A stretch of DNA of 64,000 bases from an uncultured Aliarcobacter sp. (GCA_963664305.2 CAXXLV010000002.1:928001-992000); one strand, 5' to 3'; counted from the stretch's first letter, positions 39,822 through 50,155 are shown. The notes: generated by a model not told the origin, from the sequence alone. Numbers and translations are program-made.

Positions 39822-42185
39822 ATGAATAGCACTATTGATTATGAAAAATTAAAACTTTTTTATATAGGAAAAGAAAAAGTTGAAGATAGTTTTGTTCCAC
39901 TTGTTTATAAAAATAAAGATTTACTAACACATGCTGCAATTATTGGTATGACAGGAAGTGGAAAAACAGGACTTGGAATCTCTCTTTTAGAAGAAGCTGC
40001 TATTGATAATATTCCTTCAATTATTATTGACCCAAAAGGTGATATGACAAATCTACTTCTTACTTTTCCAAATCTAAATGGAAGTGATTTTGAACCTTGG
40101 ATTGAAGAACAAGATGCTACAAATAATGGATTATCTATTCAAGAAATGGCTAATAAAACAGCAACTTTATGGAAAACTGGACTTGAAAATGATTTCCAAA
40201 ACTCATCTAGAATTGAAAAGTTAAAAAATTCTGCTGACTTTACTATTTATACTCCAGGAAGTGATGCAGGTGTTCAAATATCAATTTTATCATCATTTAA
40301 AGCTCCTTCAAAAGAAGTTTTAGAAGATAATGATTTATTAATTTCACTTGTAAATTCAACTGTTTCATCTATTTTATCTTTAATTGCAGAACAAAATGAT
40401 TCATCTTCAAAAGAATCAATATTAATCTCTTCAATCTTTATGAACTATTTTACTTTAGGAAAAGATTTAACTTTAGAAGAACTAATCACTTTGATAGTTA
40501 CTCCACCATTTGCAAAAATTGGAATTTTTGATTTAGAGACATTTTTTGCTCAAAGTGAGAGATTAAAACTTGCATTAAAATTAAACACAATTATTGCAAA
40601 TCCATCTTTTAAAACTTGGATAGAGGGCGAAACTTTAGATATTTCAAACCTACTTTATGATGAAAATGGAAAAGCTAAAGTTTCTATTTTTTCAATTGCG
40701 CATCTAAACGATAGCCAAAGAATGTTTTTTGTAAGCCTTCTTTTAAATCAAATGGTTTCTTGGATGAGAAGACAAGAGGGAACTACTTCACTTAAAGCCC
40801 TACTTTATATGGATGAAATTTTTGGATATTTCCCACCAAATGGAAATCCACCATCAAAACAGCCAATGTTAACTCTTCTAAAACAAGCTAGAAGTTTTGG
40901 TATTGGAATTATTTTATCTACTCAAAATCCTGTTGATATTGATTATAAAGGTTTAGCAAATATTGGAACTTGGTTTATAGGACGACTTCAAACAAAACAA
41001 GATAAAGAAAAAGTAATTGATGGATTAAGTAGTGCAAATGAAGGAAATTTAGATAAAGATGAGATAATGAATCTTATATCTAGCCTTGAAAAAAGAAATT
41101 TTATTCTTAAAAATATAAATGAAGATGGAATAAAAATCTTTCAAACTAGATGGGCTTTATCTTATCTAAAAGGTCCTATTCCAAAAGATGGAATAAAAAA
41201 ACTAATGAGTGATAAAAGAATTAATTCATCTTCTAAAAAAGAAGAAAAAAATGAAGATACAATTACTCAAATAAATATAGAAAAAGGGATTGCTAAACCT
41301 ATAATCACATCAAATCTAAATGAAAAATATCTTTATGGTTCTCAAAACAGTGCTTATTATTTAGAACCTTATTTAGTTTGTTTTTGTGATATTCATTACA
41401 TAAATAGTACTAAAAATATAGATTTAGAAACAACAGAAATTTGTAAAATATATTTAGATGAAGAGATGAAAAATATAAACTTTGATGAGAAAGAAGAAGT
41501 AGAAAACTCTAATTTTGAAACAAAAGAGAGACCAAATTCACACTATTATGAATTACCTACTTTTATTCAAAGTGAAAAAGAGTTAAAAGCTATTGAGAAA
41601 GATTTTGTTGATTATATATATAGAAATTCTAAACTTACACTTTATAAAAATGATGAGTTAAAACTTACTTCAAAACAAAATGAAAGTTTAGGTGATTTTA
41701 AAATTAGATTACAAGATAGATTAAATGAAAAAATTGATTTAGAAGTTGAAAAACTTCAAACAAAATTTCAAAAAGAGAATGATTTAATAGAAAATAAATT
41801 ATCAAAACTTTATGAGAAACTTGAACGAGAAGAACAACAAGCAACATCAACAACTACTGATACATTAATTTCAATAGGAACTTCAATCTTAGGTGCTTTT
41901 TTTGGAAAAAGTTCAACAGCAACAACTCTTGGAAAAGTTGCAACTGGTGCAAGAGGAGCTACAAAAATCTTAAAAGAAAAAAATGATGTTAAATATGTGC
42001 AAAATGAAATAAATCAATTGGAAGAACAAAGAAACAGTTTAAAAACAATGCTTGAAAATGAAATTGAAAAAATCAACTCTACTAATTTAAGTTCAAATTT
42101 TCCAATCGAAGAGTTATTTATAAAACCAAAAAGAAGTGATATTTACAATGTTAAATTAGAACTTTTATGGCAGGAACAATTATGA
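39822..42185 (+). CDS. HerA/FtsK-like (DUF87-type) ATPase with C-terminal coiled coil
   Basis: THAAIIGMTGSGKTG; IIDPKGD; YMDEIFG; KQARSFG..STQNP. Confidence 0.85.
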   Translation: MNSTIDYEKLKLFYIGKEKVEDSFVPLVYKNKDLLTHAAIIGMTGSGKTGLGISLLEEAAIDNIPSIIIDPKGDMTNLLLTFPNLNGSDFEPWIEEQDATNNGLSIQEMANKTATLWKTGLENDFQNSSRIEKLKNSADFTIYTPGSDAGVQISILSSFKAPSKEVLEDNDLLISLVNSTVSSILSLIAEQNDSSSKESILISSIFMNYFTLGKDLTLEELITLIVTPPFAKIGIFDLETFFAQSERLKLALKLNTIIANPSFKTWIEGETLDISNLLYDENGKAKVSIFSIAHLNDSQRMFFVSLLLNQMVSWMRRQEGTTSLKALLYMDEIFGYFPPNGNPPSKQPMLTLLKQARSFGIGIILSTQNPVDIDYKGLANIGTWFIGRLQTKQDKEKVIDGLSSANEGNLDKDEIMNLISSLEKRNFILKNINEDGIKIFQTRWALSYLKGPIPKDGIKKLMSDKRINSSSKKEEKNEDTITQINIEKGIAKPIITSNLNEKYLYGSQNSAYYLEPYLVCFCDIHYINSTKNIDLETTEICKIYLDEEMKNINFDEKEEVENSNFETKERPNSHYYELPTFIQSEKELKAIEKDFVDYIYRNSKLTLYKNDELKLTSKQNESLGDFKIRLQDRLNEKIDLEVEKLQTKFQKENDLIENKLSKLYEKLEREEQQATSTTTDTLISIGTSILGAFFGKSSTATTLGKVATGARGATKILKEKNDVKYVQNEINQLEEQRNSLKTMLENEIEKINSTNLSSNFPIEELFIKPKRSDIYNVKLELLWQEQL

Positions 42186-42679
42186 AAAATAGTTTAGATG
42201 AATTTTTAGAACCAATAAAAAGTTTGACTATTAGCTCTTTAGATGATAAAGGAAATCCTTTTTCATCTTATGCTCCATTTGTAAAAATAAATCATAAATA
42301 TTATGTTTATTTATCATTGATGGCTAAACACTCTTCAAACTTAACAAAAAATCCAAACTCTTCAATCTTTTTTTGTGAAGATGAACAAGATTGTAAAAAT
42401 ATCTTTGCTAAAAAAAGAGTATCAATTCAGTGTACAACAAAAAGATTAGAACAAAATACAAATGAAGAAAAAGAGATATTAAAGCAATTTAGTAAAAAAT
42501 TTGGAAATGAGATAATAACAATGCTTCATAAAATGGGAGATTTTTATCTTTTTGAATTTACTCCTTTTTATGGAGAAGCTGTTTTTGGGTTTGGAAAAGC
42601 TTATAATCTTGGTGGAAAAAACTTTGATGAATTTTTAGATAGAGCAAACTTTGGAAATACAGGTCACGGTAAGAAATAA
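42182..42679 (+). CDS. HutZ/HugZ-like heme-binding split-barrel protein
   Basis: SSYAPF; YLSLMAKH; NIFAKKR; DFYLF; FGFGKAY; C-terminal His; ATGA overlap with the ATPase stop. Confidence 0.82.
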   Translation: MKNSLDEFLEPIKSLTISSLDDKGNPFSSYAPFVKINHKYYVYLSLMAKHSSNLTKNPNSSIFFCEDEQDCKNIFAKKRVSIQCTTKRLEQNTNEEKEILKQFSKKFGNEIITMLHKMGDFYLFEFTPFYGEAVFGFGKAYNLGGKNFDEFLDRANFGNTGHGKK

Positions 42680-42689
42680 AGACTAAACT

Positions 42690-43751
42690 CTATTTCTTAT
42701 CAAAAATTGTGCCATCACCTGAAATTAAAATAGCTAAACTTCTTGTACTATCAAACTGAGATAAAATAATCAATAAAATCATCATCAAAGGAACTGATAA
42801 AAACATTCCAATAGTTCCCCACATAGCACCCCAAATAACCAAAGATAAGATTACAACAAACTGAGAAATATTTAATTTATTTCCCATAAGTTTTGGATAA
42901 ATTATATTTCCAATTACAAATTGAACTACAACTAAAGATAAAGCTAAAAATAGAACATCTGATATTAAAGGAAATTGGATTAAAGCAAAAATAGTTGGAA
43001 TTAAAACTGCAATAATACTTCCAATAGTTGGAATAAAATTTAAAACAAAAGCAATAAATCCCCATAAAACTGCACCTTGTAAAGAAAAAAATTCACAAAT
43101 TAGATAAGTTAAAAAACCTGTAATCAAACTAATAACTGTAGTGATAAATATATAAGTTTTTACACCTTTTGAAATAGAAGCTAAAATATGTGTTGCTTTT
43201 TCTTTTGCCTCTTTTTTAGGGAAAAGTGCATTTATTTTTGCACCAAAAAACTGTTGGTCAATTAACAAAAAAAGTACATATAAAAATATTTGTATTAAAT
43301 TAGAAAAAATTGAACTAAAAGCACTTATTACTTTATTTATAACACTTGAAAGACTAAATTCTTGGAAAAACTTTTGTAAAGGTGTTGTAAAATCAATTGA
43401 TGTCATAAGTGTTAATTTATCAATCAAAGCATTTACTTTTCCATCTAGTTGTGAAATTGTAGAACTCAAACTCATCATACTTGTAGTAATAAAACTACCA
43501 AGTTCAATCATAAAATAAACTATAAAAATCAAAGATAATGGAATAGCTACAATATCTGCTATTTTAGGACTTAAAAAAGGCAATCTTTTGATTTGAGAAG
43601 CTAATGCGTTAATCAAAAACCAAATCAAAATAGCAATTGCAATTGGTGTTAAAATTGAACTTAAACTATTTAAAGCATAAACAACTAAAAATATAAATGC
43701 AAAAAAATAAAATGCTTTTGCAAAATTGGTATCTCTTTGTATTATTTCCAA
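42690..43751 (-). CDS. AI-2E-family transporter
   Basis: LNFIPTIGS; GNIIYPKLMG; WGAMWGTIGMFLSVP. Confidence 0.9.
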   Translation of the reverse strand: MEIIQRDTNFAKAFYFFAFIFLVVYALNSLSSILTPIAIAILIWFLINALASQIKRLPFLSPKIADIVAIPLSLIFIVYFMIELGSFITTSMMSLSSTISQLDGKVNALIDKLTLMTSIDFTTPLQKFFQEFSLSSVINKVISAFSSIFSNLIQIFLYVLFLLIDQQFFGAKINALFPKKEAKEKATHILASISKGVKTYIFITTVISLITGFLTYLICEFFSLQGAVLWGFIAFVLNFIPTIGSIIAVLIPTIFALIQFPLISDVLFLALSLVVVQFVIGNIIYPKLMGNKLNISQFVVILSLVIWGAMWGTIGMFLSVPLMMILLIILSQFDSTRSLAILISGDGTIFDKK

Positions 43752-43822
43752 AATCAGCCTTTAAAAATTTTAATAATATAATATCAAATTAAATAGAAAA
43801 AAGCCCATAAGAAAGATAAATA

Positions 43823-44485
43823 TTGCAAATTGAGAATCCTAGAGAAATCTGTTATAAATGTTATAGACCAAAATCTTCTTGCATTTGTGAACACCTTATA
43901 AATCCAATAAAAACTAATACTAAATTTGTCATTTTGATGCATCCAAAAGAGTTTAGAAAAACAAAAAATGGTACAGGACATATGACAAATAACTCTTTAG
44001 AAAATTGTGAGTTACATGTTGGAATTGATTTTACAAATCACAAAAGAGTAAATGAACTTTTAAAAGATGAAGATTTTGAACCATATGTTTTATATCCAGA
44101 TGTTAATAGTATAAAATTAAATACACAAAAATTACCAAGTGATAAAAAAGCTCTAATTTTTATTATTGATTCAACTTGGCCTTGTTCAAAAAAGATGCTA
44201 AGACTTAGTAAAAATTTGCAAAATCTTAAAAAGGTAAGTTTTGAACATGATAAATCTTCACAATTTAAAATAAAAACTCAACCAAATCAATATTGTTTAT
44301 CGACTATTGAATCAACTTTATGTGTTTTAGAACAGCTAAATAATCATAATATTGAAAATATATCAAAAGAGTATTTAGACAATTTTTTAAAACCTTTTGA
44401 AGAGATGGTTGAGTATCAAGTAAAATGTGCTTTTGATGAAAGTAACATAAGATACAAACTTCCTTTTAAAAAAGCTGTAATTTAA
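43823..44485 (+). CDS. DTW-domain tRNA-uridine aminocarboxypropyltransferase (TapT-like)
   Basis: CYKCYRP..CIC; HPKE; IDSTW; LSTIES. Confidence 0.88.
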   Translation: MQIENPREICYKCYRPKSSCICEHLINPIKTNTKFVILMHPKEFRKTKNGTGHMTNNSLENCELHVGIDFTNHKRVNELLKDEDFEPYVLYPDVNSIKLNTQKLPSDKKALIFIIDSTWPCSKKMLRLSKNLQNLKKVSFEHDKSSQFKIKTQPNQYCLSTIESTLCVLEQLNNHNIENISKEYLDNFLKPFEEMVEYQVKCAFDESNIRYKLPFKKAVI

Positions 44486-44595
44486 TTGATTATTTCCAAT
44501 TTTATAATAAATAAGGTTTTTTATTACGGCTTTTTAATCTATCTTTTGGTATTTTACAAACTTTGGAAAAATAAAAGTTATAGCTTGGAGATTGT

Positions 44596-46380
44596 TTGAT
44601 GAATAAACTAAAATTTGTTGTTTTTTCTATGTTTTTGATAAATAATTATCTATTTTCAAATACTCTTGAAGAACAAAACAAAAATACAAAAGAGATCTCT
44701 GTTGAACAAAATGAAGAAGATGAATTAAAAAGTTTTTTAAATAAAAATTACACTCCTCTTTTTATAAATAAAAAGACTATAAAAGAGTACTACACATTAA
44801 ACCAATTTAAACCATTTTGGACTCAAAAAGAAGAAATAAAAGATATTTCATTGACTCTTTTAGAAAAAATAAAAAATGACCCTGTTTTAAAACCAAATGC
44901 TAAAAAAATTTTTAAAATAGATGAAATTGAAAACAATATAAACTCTTCAGAAAATTCTAGAAAAAATATATTAGAAATTGAATTTATGATGACAGAGCTT
45001 TATGACAGATATGCGTACTATTTATTAAATGGTTCAATAGATTGGAAAGCTTTTCAAGAAAAACTTAGTGAACTTGAAAAAGATGATGAAATAAATGCCC
45101 AATGGGATAGATATGAAATCAAAAAAAATCATAAAGAGTTATTAAAAACTGCTATTGAAAACAATGATTTATCTATTGCATTAAAAGAGTTAGATTTTAA
45201 TTATCCTAATGCAAATAAATTAATTGATGAGATATCAAATCTTGAGAAAGTTGTACAAAATGGAGATTATATAAAATTACCTCCTTTTAAGACTTTAAGA
45301 ATTGGTGACCAATCTGAAGTTGTAAAAATTTTACGACAAAGACTAATGCAAAGTGAAGAGTTATCTAAAACTTGTGAAAATAGTATAAATGCTCAAAATG
45401 TAGTGACAAACAGTTTAACAACTAATCAAGATGAAAATGTACAAGAAATGGTTGAAGAAAAAGCTATGGTTTCTTGCGAAGAGATTTTTGATGAAGATTT
45501 AAAAAATGCAGTTATAGCATTTCAACAAAGTCATGGATTATATGCAGATGGAATTGTTGGTCTTCAAACACAAAAATTCTTAAATAAAAGTGCAAAAGAT
45601 AAAATAGAACAAATAAGAGTAAATCTAGAAAGAATGAGATGGCTTCCTAGAAATTTTGGGGAAAAATATCTATTGATTAATATTCCTGATTATAGACTAA
45701 AAATGATTGAAAACAATGATATAAAATTAAATATGGCAGTTGTTGTTGGAGAGAAAAAACATCCAACACCTATCTTTTCAGATAACATGTCTTATATTGT
45801 TTTAAATCCAAATTGGAATATTCCTGAAAGTATTGCAAAAAAAGAGATTCTTCCAAAGTTATTGAAAGACCCAAATTATTTAGCTTCAAAAGGTATAGAT
45901 ATTTATCAAGGTTGGCATAAAGATTCTGAAAAAGTTGAAACAACAGAAGTTTTAGATACTTTAATTTTACAAGATGTTGAAGCTGTTCCAAATTTTAGAT
46001 TTACGCAAGGTCCAAGTGATGAAAATCCTCTTGGTAAAATGAAATTTATGTTCCCAAATAAACATGCAGTTTATTTACATGATACACCTGCTAAAACTCT
46101 ATTTAACAATGCTAGACGAGCTTATTCTCATGGTTGTATTAGACTTTCAAGACCAGATGAATTACTTTCAACAATTGCAAATGATGATAAAAATATAAAT
46201 ATCGAAAAAGTAACTCAGATTTTAGAAACAGAAACTGAAAAAGAAAAAGCGATAGGATTAAGTAAAAAAATTCCCGTTCACATCATCTACCTAACTTCTT
46301 GGGTTGATGATAACGGGAAATTACAATTTAGAGAAGATATCTACGACTACGATAAAATACAAGAAGAACTTATATATTAA
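44596..46380 (+). CDS. L,D-transpeptidase (YcbB/LdtD-like) with peptidoglycan-binding domain
   Basis: FQQSHGLYADGIVG; NLERMRW; NPLGKMKFMFPN; YLHDTP; SHGCIR. Confidence 0.93.
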   Translation: MMNKLKFVVFSMFLINNYLFSNTLEEQNKNTKEISVEQNEEDELKSFLNKNYTPLFINKKTIKEYYTLNQFKPFWTQKEEIKDISLTLLEKIKNDPVLKPNAKKIFKIDEIENNINSSENSRKNILEIEFMMTELYDRYAYYLLNGSIDWKAFQEKLSELEKDDEINAQWDRYEIKKNHKELLKTAIENNDLSIALKELDFNYPNANKLIDEISNLEKVVQNGDYIKLPPFKTLRIGDQSEVVKILRQRLMQSEELSKTCENSINAQNVVTNSLTTNQDENVQEMVEEKAMVSCEEIFDEDLKNAVIAFQQSHGLYADGIVGLQTQKFLNKSAKDKIEQIRVNLERMRWLPRNFGEKYLLINIPDYRLKMIENNDIKLNMAVVVGEKKHPTPIFSDNMSYIVLNPNWNIPESIAKKEILPKLLKDPNYLASKGIDIYQGWHKDSEKVETTEVLDTLILQDVEAVPNFRFTQGPSDENPLGKMKFMFPNKHAVYLHDTPAKTLFNNARRAYSHGCIRLSRPDELLSTIANDDKNINIEKVTQILETETEKEKAIGLSKKIPVHIIYLTSWVDDNGKLQFREDIYDYDKIQEELIY

Positions 46381-46389
46381 ATCAAAAAA

Positions 46390-47475
46390 TTAGGCTTGTT
46401 TCTTCAAGTCTAATTTTTTCTCTATTCTTTTTTTATCTATAAGCATTTTATTTTGGATTTTACATCTATTTTTTGCAAGAACTTGCATATCTTCAACTTC
46501 ATCCATTTCATCAACAATTTCAACTCCTAAAAGTGTTTCAATTGCATCTTCTAAAGTTACAACTCCACTTGTTTGTCCATAATTGTCTTCAACTATAAAT
46601 AGATGTGTTTTTCTATTTATAAATTGGTCAATTAATGCAGAAACAGGAAGATTTTCAGAGATTTTATGAACAGGAACCATTATATCCCTAATAATTGTGT
46701 CATCTCTTTCTTCAACACTCTCTTCTAAAATAGTTTGATTAAATACAATTCCTACAACATCATCAATAGTTTCATCAAAAACAGGAATTCTTGAATGAAC
46801 ATACATCTTGTCATCTTCAATAGCATCTTCAACTTTTATAGTTGATTTAAGTGCAAAAACAACACTTCTTGGAGTCATAATATCTTGAGTTTTGATATTC
46901 TTTAATTTGAAAAGATTTTCAATCAATGCACTCTCTTTTGAAAGAATAGAACCCTCTTTTTCTCCCATAGTAACAGCAGCCATAATTTCATCTCTTGAGA
47001 AGTTTGACTCTTTTTCTTTTCCTTTTGATATTAAATTAGTTATAAACATAGATAACCAAACTAATGGATATGTTATTTTAATAAAAAAGCTAATTAAATA
47101 AGCAGAAGGAATTAATAGTTTTTTCCAATAAACTGCACCTATTGTTTTTGGAATAATTTCTGAAAAATATAAAATTGCCAATGTTAATAAAACTGCAATA
47201 ATAGTTTCCATTTCTTGACCAAAAAGTATTTGAGCTTGCGCTCCAACACCAGCAGCACCCATTGTATGTGCAAATGTATTTAATATTAAAATAGAAGATA
47301 TTGGTTTATCAATATTTGATTTTAAATCTTTTAACATTTCAATAGCTGAGGAATTTTCTTTTTTAGATAATGATTCAATATATGAAGATGTACTTGAAAG
47401 TAAAACAGCTTCTAAGACTGAACATAAAAAAGAGACAAATAAAGCAACAAGAAGATAAGTAAACAAAAGGGTCAT
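46390..47475 (-). CDS. CNNM/CorB-family (DUF21 + CBS pair) Mg2+/Co2+ transporter, paralog 2
   Basis: SFLCSVLEA; ILILNTFAHT; SEIIPKTIG; MTPRS; HSRIPV; GVVTLED. Confidence 0.92.
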   Translation of the reverse strand: MTLLFTYLLVALFVSFLCSVLEAVLLSSTSSYIESLSKKENSSAIEMLKDLKSNIDKPISSILILNTFAHTMGAAGVGAQAQILFGQEMETIIAVLLTLAILYFSEIIPKTIGAVYWKKLLIPSAYLISFFIKITYPLVWLSMFITNLISKGKEKESNFSRDEIMAAVTMGEKEGSILSKESALIENLFKLKNIKTQDIMTPRSVVFALKSTIKVEDAIEDDKMYVHSRIPVFDETIDDVVGIVFNQTILEESVEERDDTIIRDIMVPVHKISENLPVSALIDQFINRKTHLFIVEDNYGQTSGVVTLEDAIETLLGVEIVDEMDEVEDMQVLAKNRCKIQNKMLIDKKRIEKKLDLKKQA

Positions 47476-47537
47476 TTTTCACCCTCTAAATAAGAAATAA
47501 ATAAGCCACACCTACGATAGGAGTCGTTTAAGTTCAT
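47472..47537 (-). CDS. Putative leader peptide (21 aa, MNLNDSYRRCGLFISYLEGEK) coupled to the CNNM start
   Basis: AAGGA RBS 8 nt before ATG 47537; TGA stop overlaps the CNNM ATG (ATGA). Confidence 0.65.
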   Translation of the reverse strand: MNLNDSYRRCGLFISYLEGEK

Positions 47538-47582
47538 AAAGTTAATCCTTTTAAAATTTTTAGGAAGGATTATACCATACTT

Positions 47583-48713
47583 TTATTTTATTAGAGAGAT
47601 ATTGTTCTGTATATGTTTTATATCGCCTATTGTTAAATGATGTTTTTCTTCTAAAATTTTCATAAAAAACCTAACTTCTGCATTTGTAAAACCATCAAGT
47701 TCTTTGTCTTTCATAGAAACATTGTTTTCTTCAAGTCTTACTCTTTTTAGTTTTCCATTCATCTCTTTTACATAATAAACAATATCAAGTTCTGTTTGAT
47801 TTACTTTTTCAATAGTTGTAATAATTCTGTCTGTTTTAACTTTTAAGTCAAAATCACTATATAACTCTAAAAACTCTTTTGTAGTTAAATATCCTATATA
47901 AAGTTTTGTATATATATCAAAATAAAGACCTAATTTGGCAGATGAAAAAAACTTTAAATCAACACTAAATTTTGGATTTTGTCTTGAAGTATTTAAAATC
48001 CATTCTAAAGTTGGAAAATACTGGAACTTTTTGTATTTTATTTTACAAGCTTCAATATATTTTTTATTTTTTGGTACTTCTAAAGTTTGAACATCATTTT
48101 TTACTTTTTTTGCAAAAATTATCTTTTCAATTAAATCTTCATCATCTAAATCTTTAGTTACCCAAATAGTTGCGTATGAAGGAAAGTTTTTAAGCCCAAC
48201 AGAACCTTCTGTTACAACGATTAAAGCTTTAATATTTAGACTTGGGAAAATCATCTTTAATAAAGCATATTTTTTTACTAATCTTTTATTTAAACTAGCT
48301 GTTTTTTTAGATGTACTCATCTCAACAAAATAAACACTATCTTTTGTAAAAAATAGAGCATCAAACTCACTTATATCTTTGTAAGCTGATTTGTAAACGA
48401 TTTGAGAACTGCTATCTATTAAAAGTCCACTTTTTATAAAAAGATTTTCTTTATCTTGATATGGACCTTTTAAAACAAATCTAGTAATTTCTTCTTGTTC
48501 TAAAACATATTGAAGTAGTAATTCATATATGATATTTTCATAAATTTCACCTTTGAAACTACTATAAGCTGAAATGTATGAAATATCTTCTTTTGAGGTA
48601 TTGTTTTTTACTAAAGCTTTTAAGCTTTTATTATCGTATGAATAATGGAAAAGGTTCTCTTTTATATCTTCTATTTCTAATTGTTTTATTTTATCTGTAA
48701 TTGTAAATTGCAA
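47583..48713 (-). CDS. Hypothetical protein with PD-(D/E)xK nuclease-like motifs
   Basis: KGEIYE...SEFDALF...YFVEMS. Confidence 0.55.
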   Translation of the reverse strand: MQFTITDKIKQLEIEDIKENLFHYSYDNKSLKALVKNNTSKEDISYISAYSSFKGEIYENIIYELLLQYVLEQEEITRFVLKGPYQDKENLFIKSGLLIDSSSQIVYKSAYKDISEFDALFFTKDSVYFVEMSTSKKTASLNKRLVKKYALLKMIFPSLNIKALIVVTEGSVGLKNFPSYATIWVTKDLDDEDLIEKIIFAKKVKNDVQTLEVPKNKKYIEACKIKYKKFQYFPTLEWILNTSRQNPKFSVDLKFFSSAKLGLYFDIYTKLYIGYLTTKEFLELYSDFDLKVKTDRIITTIEKVNQTELDIVYYVKEMNGKLKRVRLEENNVSMKDKELDGFTNAEVRFFMKILEEKHHLTIGDIKHIQNNISLIK

Positions 48714-48770
48714 GGTTTCTCTTCTATTTCTATAATAGTCTTGATTATATCTAAAAAAATTTTAAATAGC

Positions 48771-49250
48771 TTAAATATTATCTTTAGTTTTAAAAAAACT
48801 TATTTTTCCCATATCATCAAACTTCATAAAAAGTTTTAAATCTTCTATAAAATTATCATCAAGTTTATCAAAACTTCTTTTCATACGTTTATAAACTCCT
48901 AAAAGATTTCTCTCTTTTGCTTTTTCCATTCCTCGTATTATGTAGTGATATCTTACAAGTTTTTTTGTGTACTCTGAAACTTTCCACTTTTTTATAATGT
49001 GATAACTTATCTCTTCATGATTATGAAATGAAAACTCTTTTGTTATTTTATCTTTTTCATTTTGGTAAGCAACATATGGTTTTCCAATATCATGTAAAAA
49101 TGCAGCAGCTAACATCTTGTATTCTTTAGCTTTTAAAATATGAAAAGCAACAGCAAATGTGTGTAATAAGACTCCGTATCTGTGCCATTTGTTTTGTTTG
49201 ATAAATAGTGTTATATAAAACTCTTTTTTTAATACTCTTTTTAATTTCAT
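48771..49250 (-). CDS. HD-domain protein
   Basis: WHRYGVLLHT; LHDIGKP; HEEIS; YH; FDD. Confidence 0.85.
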   Translation of the reverse strand: MKLKRVLKKEFYITLFIKQNKWHRYGVLLHTFAVAFHILKAKEYKMLAAAFLHDIGKPYVAYQNEKDKITKEFSFHNHEEISYHIIKKWKVSEYTKKLVRYHYIIRGMEKAKERNLLGVYKRMKRSFDKLDDNFIEDLKLFMKFDDMGKISFFKTKDNI

Positions 49251-49405
49251 AAAGGAATTTTATCATCAAGTTACTTTTTATTTCATTTTGTAATGTTTTT
49301 TTAACTTCAATAAAAAAATGTGTAAAATTATTAAAATCTTTCTAATAGGTTTTTACTATGATGAAACAAAATTACATTTAAAAACTACATATATAAAGGG
49401 TTAAT

Positions 49406-49948
49406 ATGACAAATTTTGAAGAAAATATACAACAGATGTTTAAAGGCATAGAATTATGCTTAAAAGAAAAATTACAATTTCCTACATTATCATTAATTTA
49501 TACAGTTATTGATAATTTGGCATATATTGCTTATGGAGATATTGGGGTAGAAAAAAGATATAAAAAATGGATAACTGAATATATGTTCAAAGAAAAAAAT
49601 CTAAATGTTACTCCTATGGATTTATATTCTGCAAGATGTGCAATTTTACATACATTAACACCTAATTCAAAAAAAACAAATGAAAAAAAAGCTTCAGTAA
49701 TTGCTTATTCTTGGGGAAATTATGATGTAAATATTCTTGATAAAAGTATTTCTTATTCTAATAAAGAATTAAAAGCTTTGCATATAAATGATTTATATGA
49801 CTCTTTACGCAAAGGAACAATAAAATTTCTTAATAGTGAAATTTTAAAAGAAAAAGAGTGTCTAAAAAGAATGGATGAACATTATGGAAAAATATCAAAA
49901 GAGATTCTAATAGACTATAACAATTCTTTTATAAATTCAAAAGGCTAA
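49406..49948 (+). CDS. Hypothetical protein with HEPN-like RxxxxH motif
   Basis: IDNLA...YKKWITEY...DLYSARCAILH. Confidence 0.6.
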   Translation: MTNFEENIQQMFKGIELCLKEKLQFPTLSLIYTVIDNLAYIAYGDIGVEKRYKKWITEYMFKEKNLNVTPMDLYSARCAILHTLTPNSKKTNEKKASVIAYSWGNYDVNILDKSISYSNKELKALHINDLYDSLRKGTIKFLNSEILKEKECLKRMDEHYGKISKEILIDYNNSFINSKG

Positions 49949-50148
49949 AACTTGACTTTCAGAAATATCAAACTCAATACCAAAATATAGAACTTATAGA
50001 GTTTAAAAATTCTCATGATAGATTTTTAATTATTGATAAAAATGAAGTTTATCATTTAGGAGCAAGCCTTAAAGATTTAGGTAAAAAATGGTTTGCATTT
50101 TCAAAGTTTGACCTAGAAAGTTTAGAGATTTTAAAAAGATTAAATTAA
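49945..50148 (+). pseudogene. Start-less 3' remnant of an ORF6N/RhuM-associated PLD-like domain gene
   Basis: Hand translation LKLDFQKYQTQYQNIELIEFKNSHDRFLIIDKNEVYHLGASLKDLGKKWFAFSKF...; in-frame stop just upstream (49918-49920), no RBS or start. Confidence 0.78.
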
Positions 50149-50155
50149 CAAAAAA

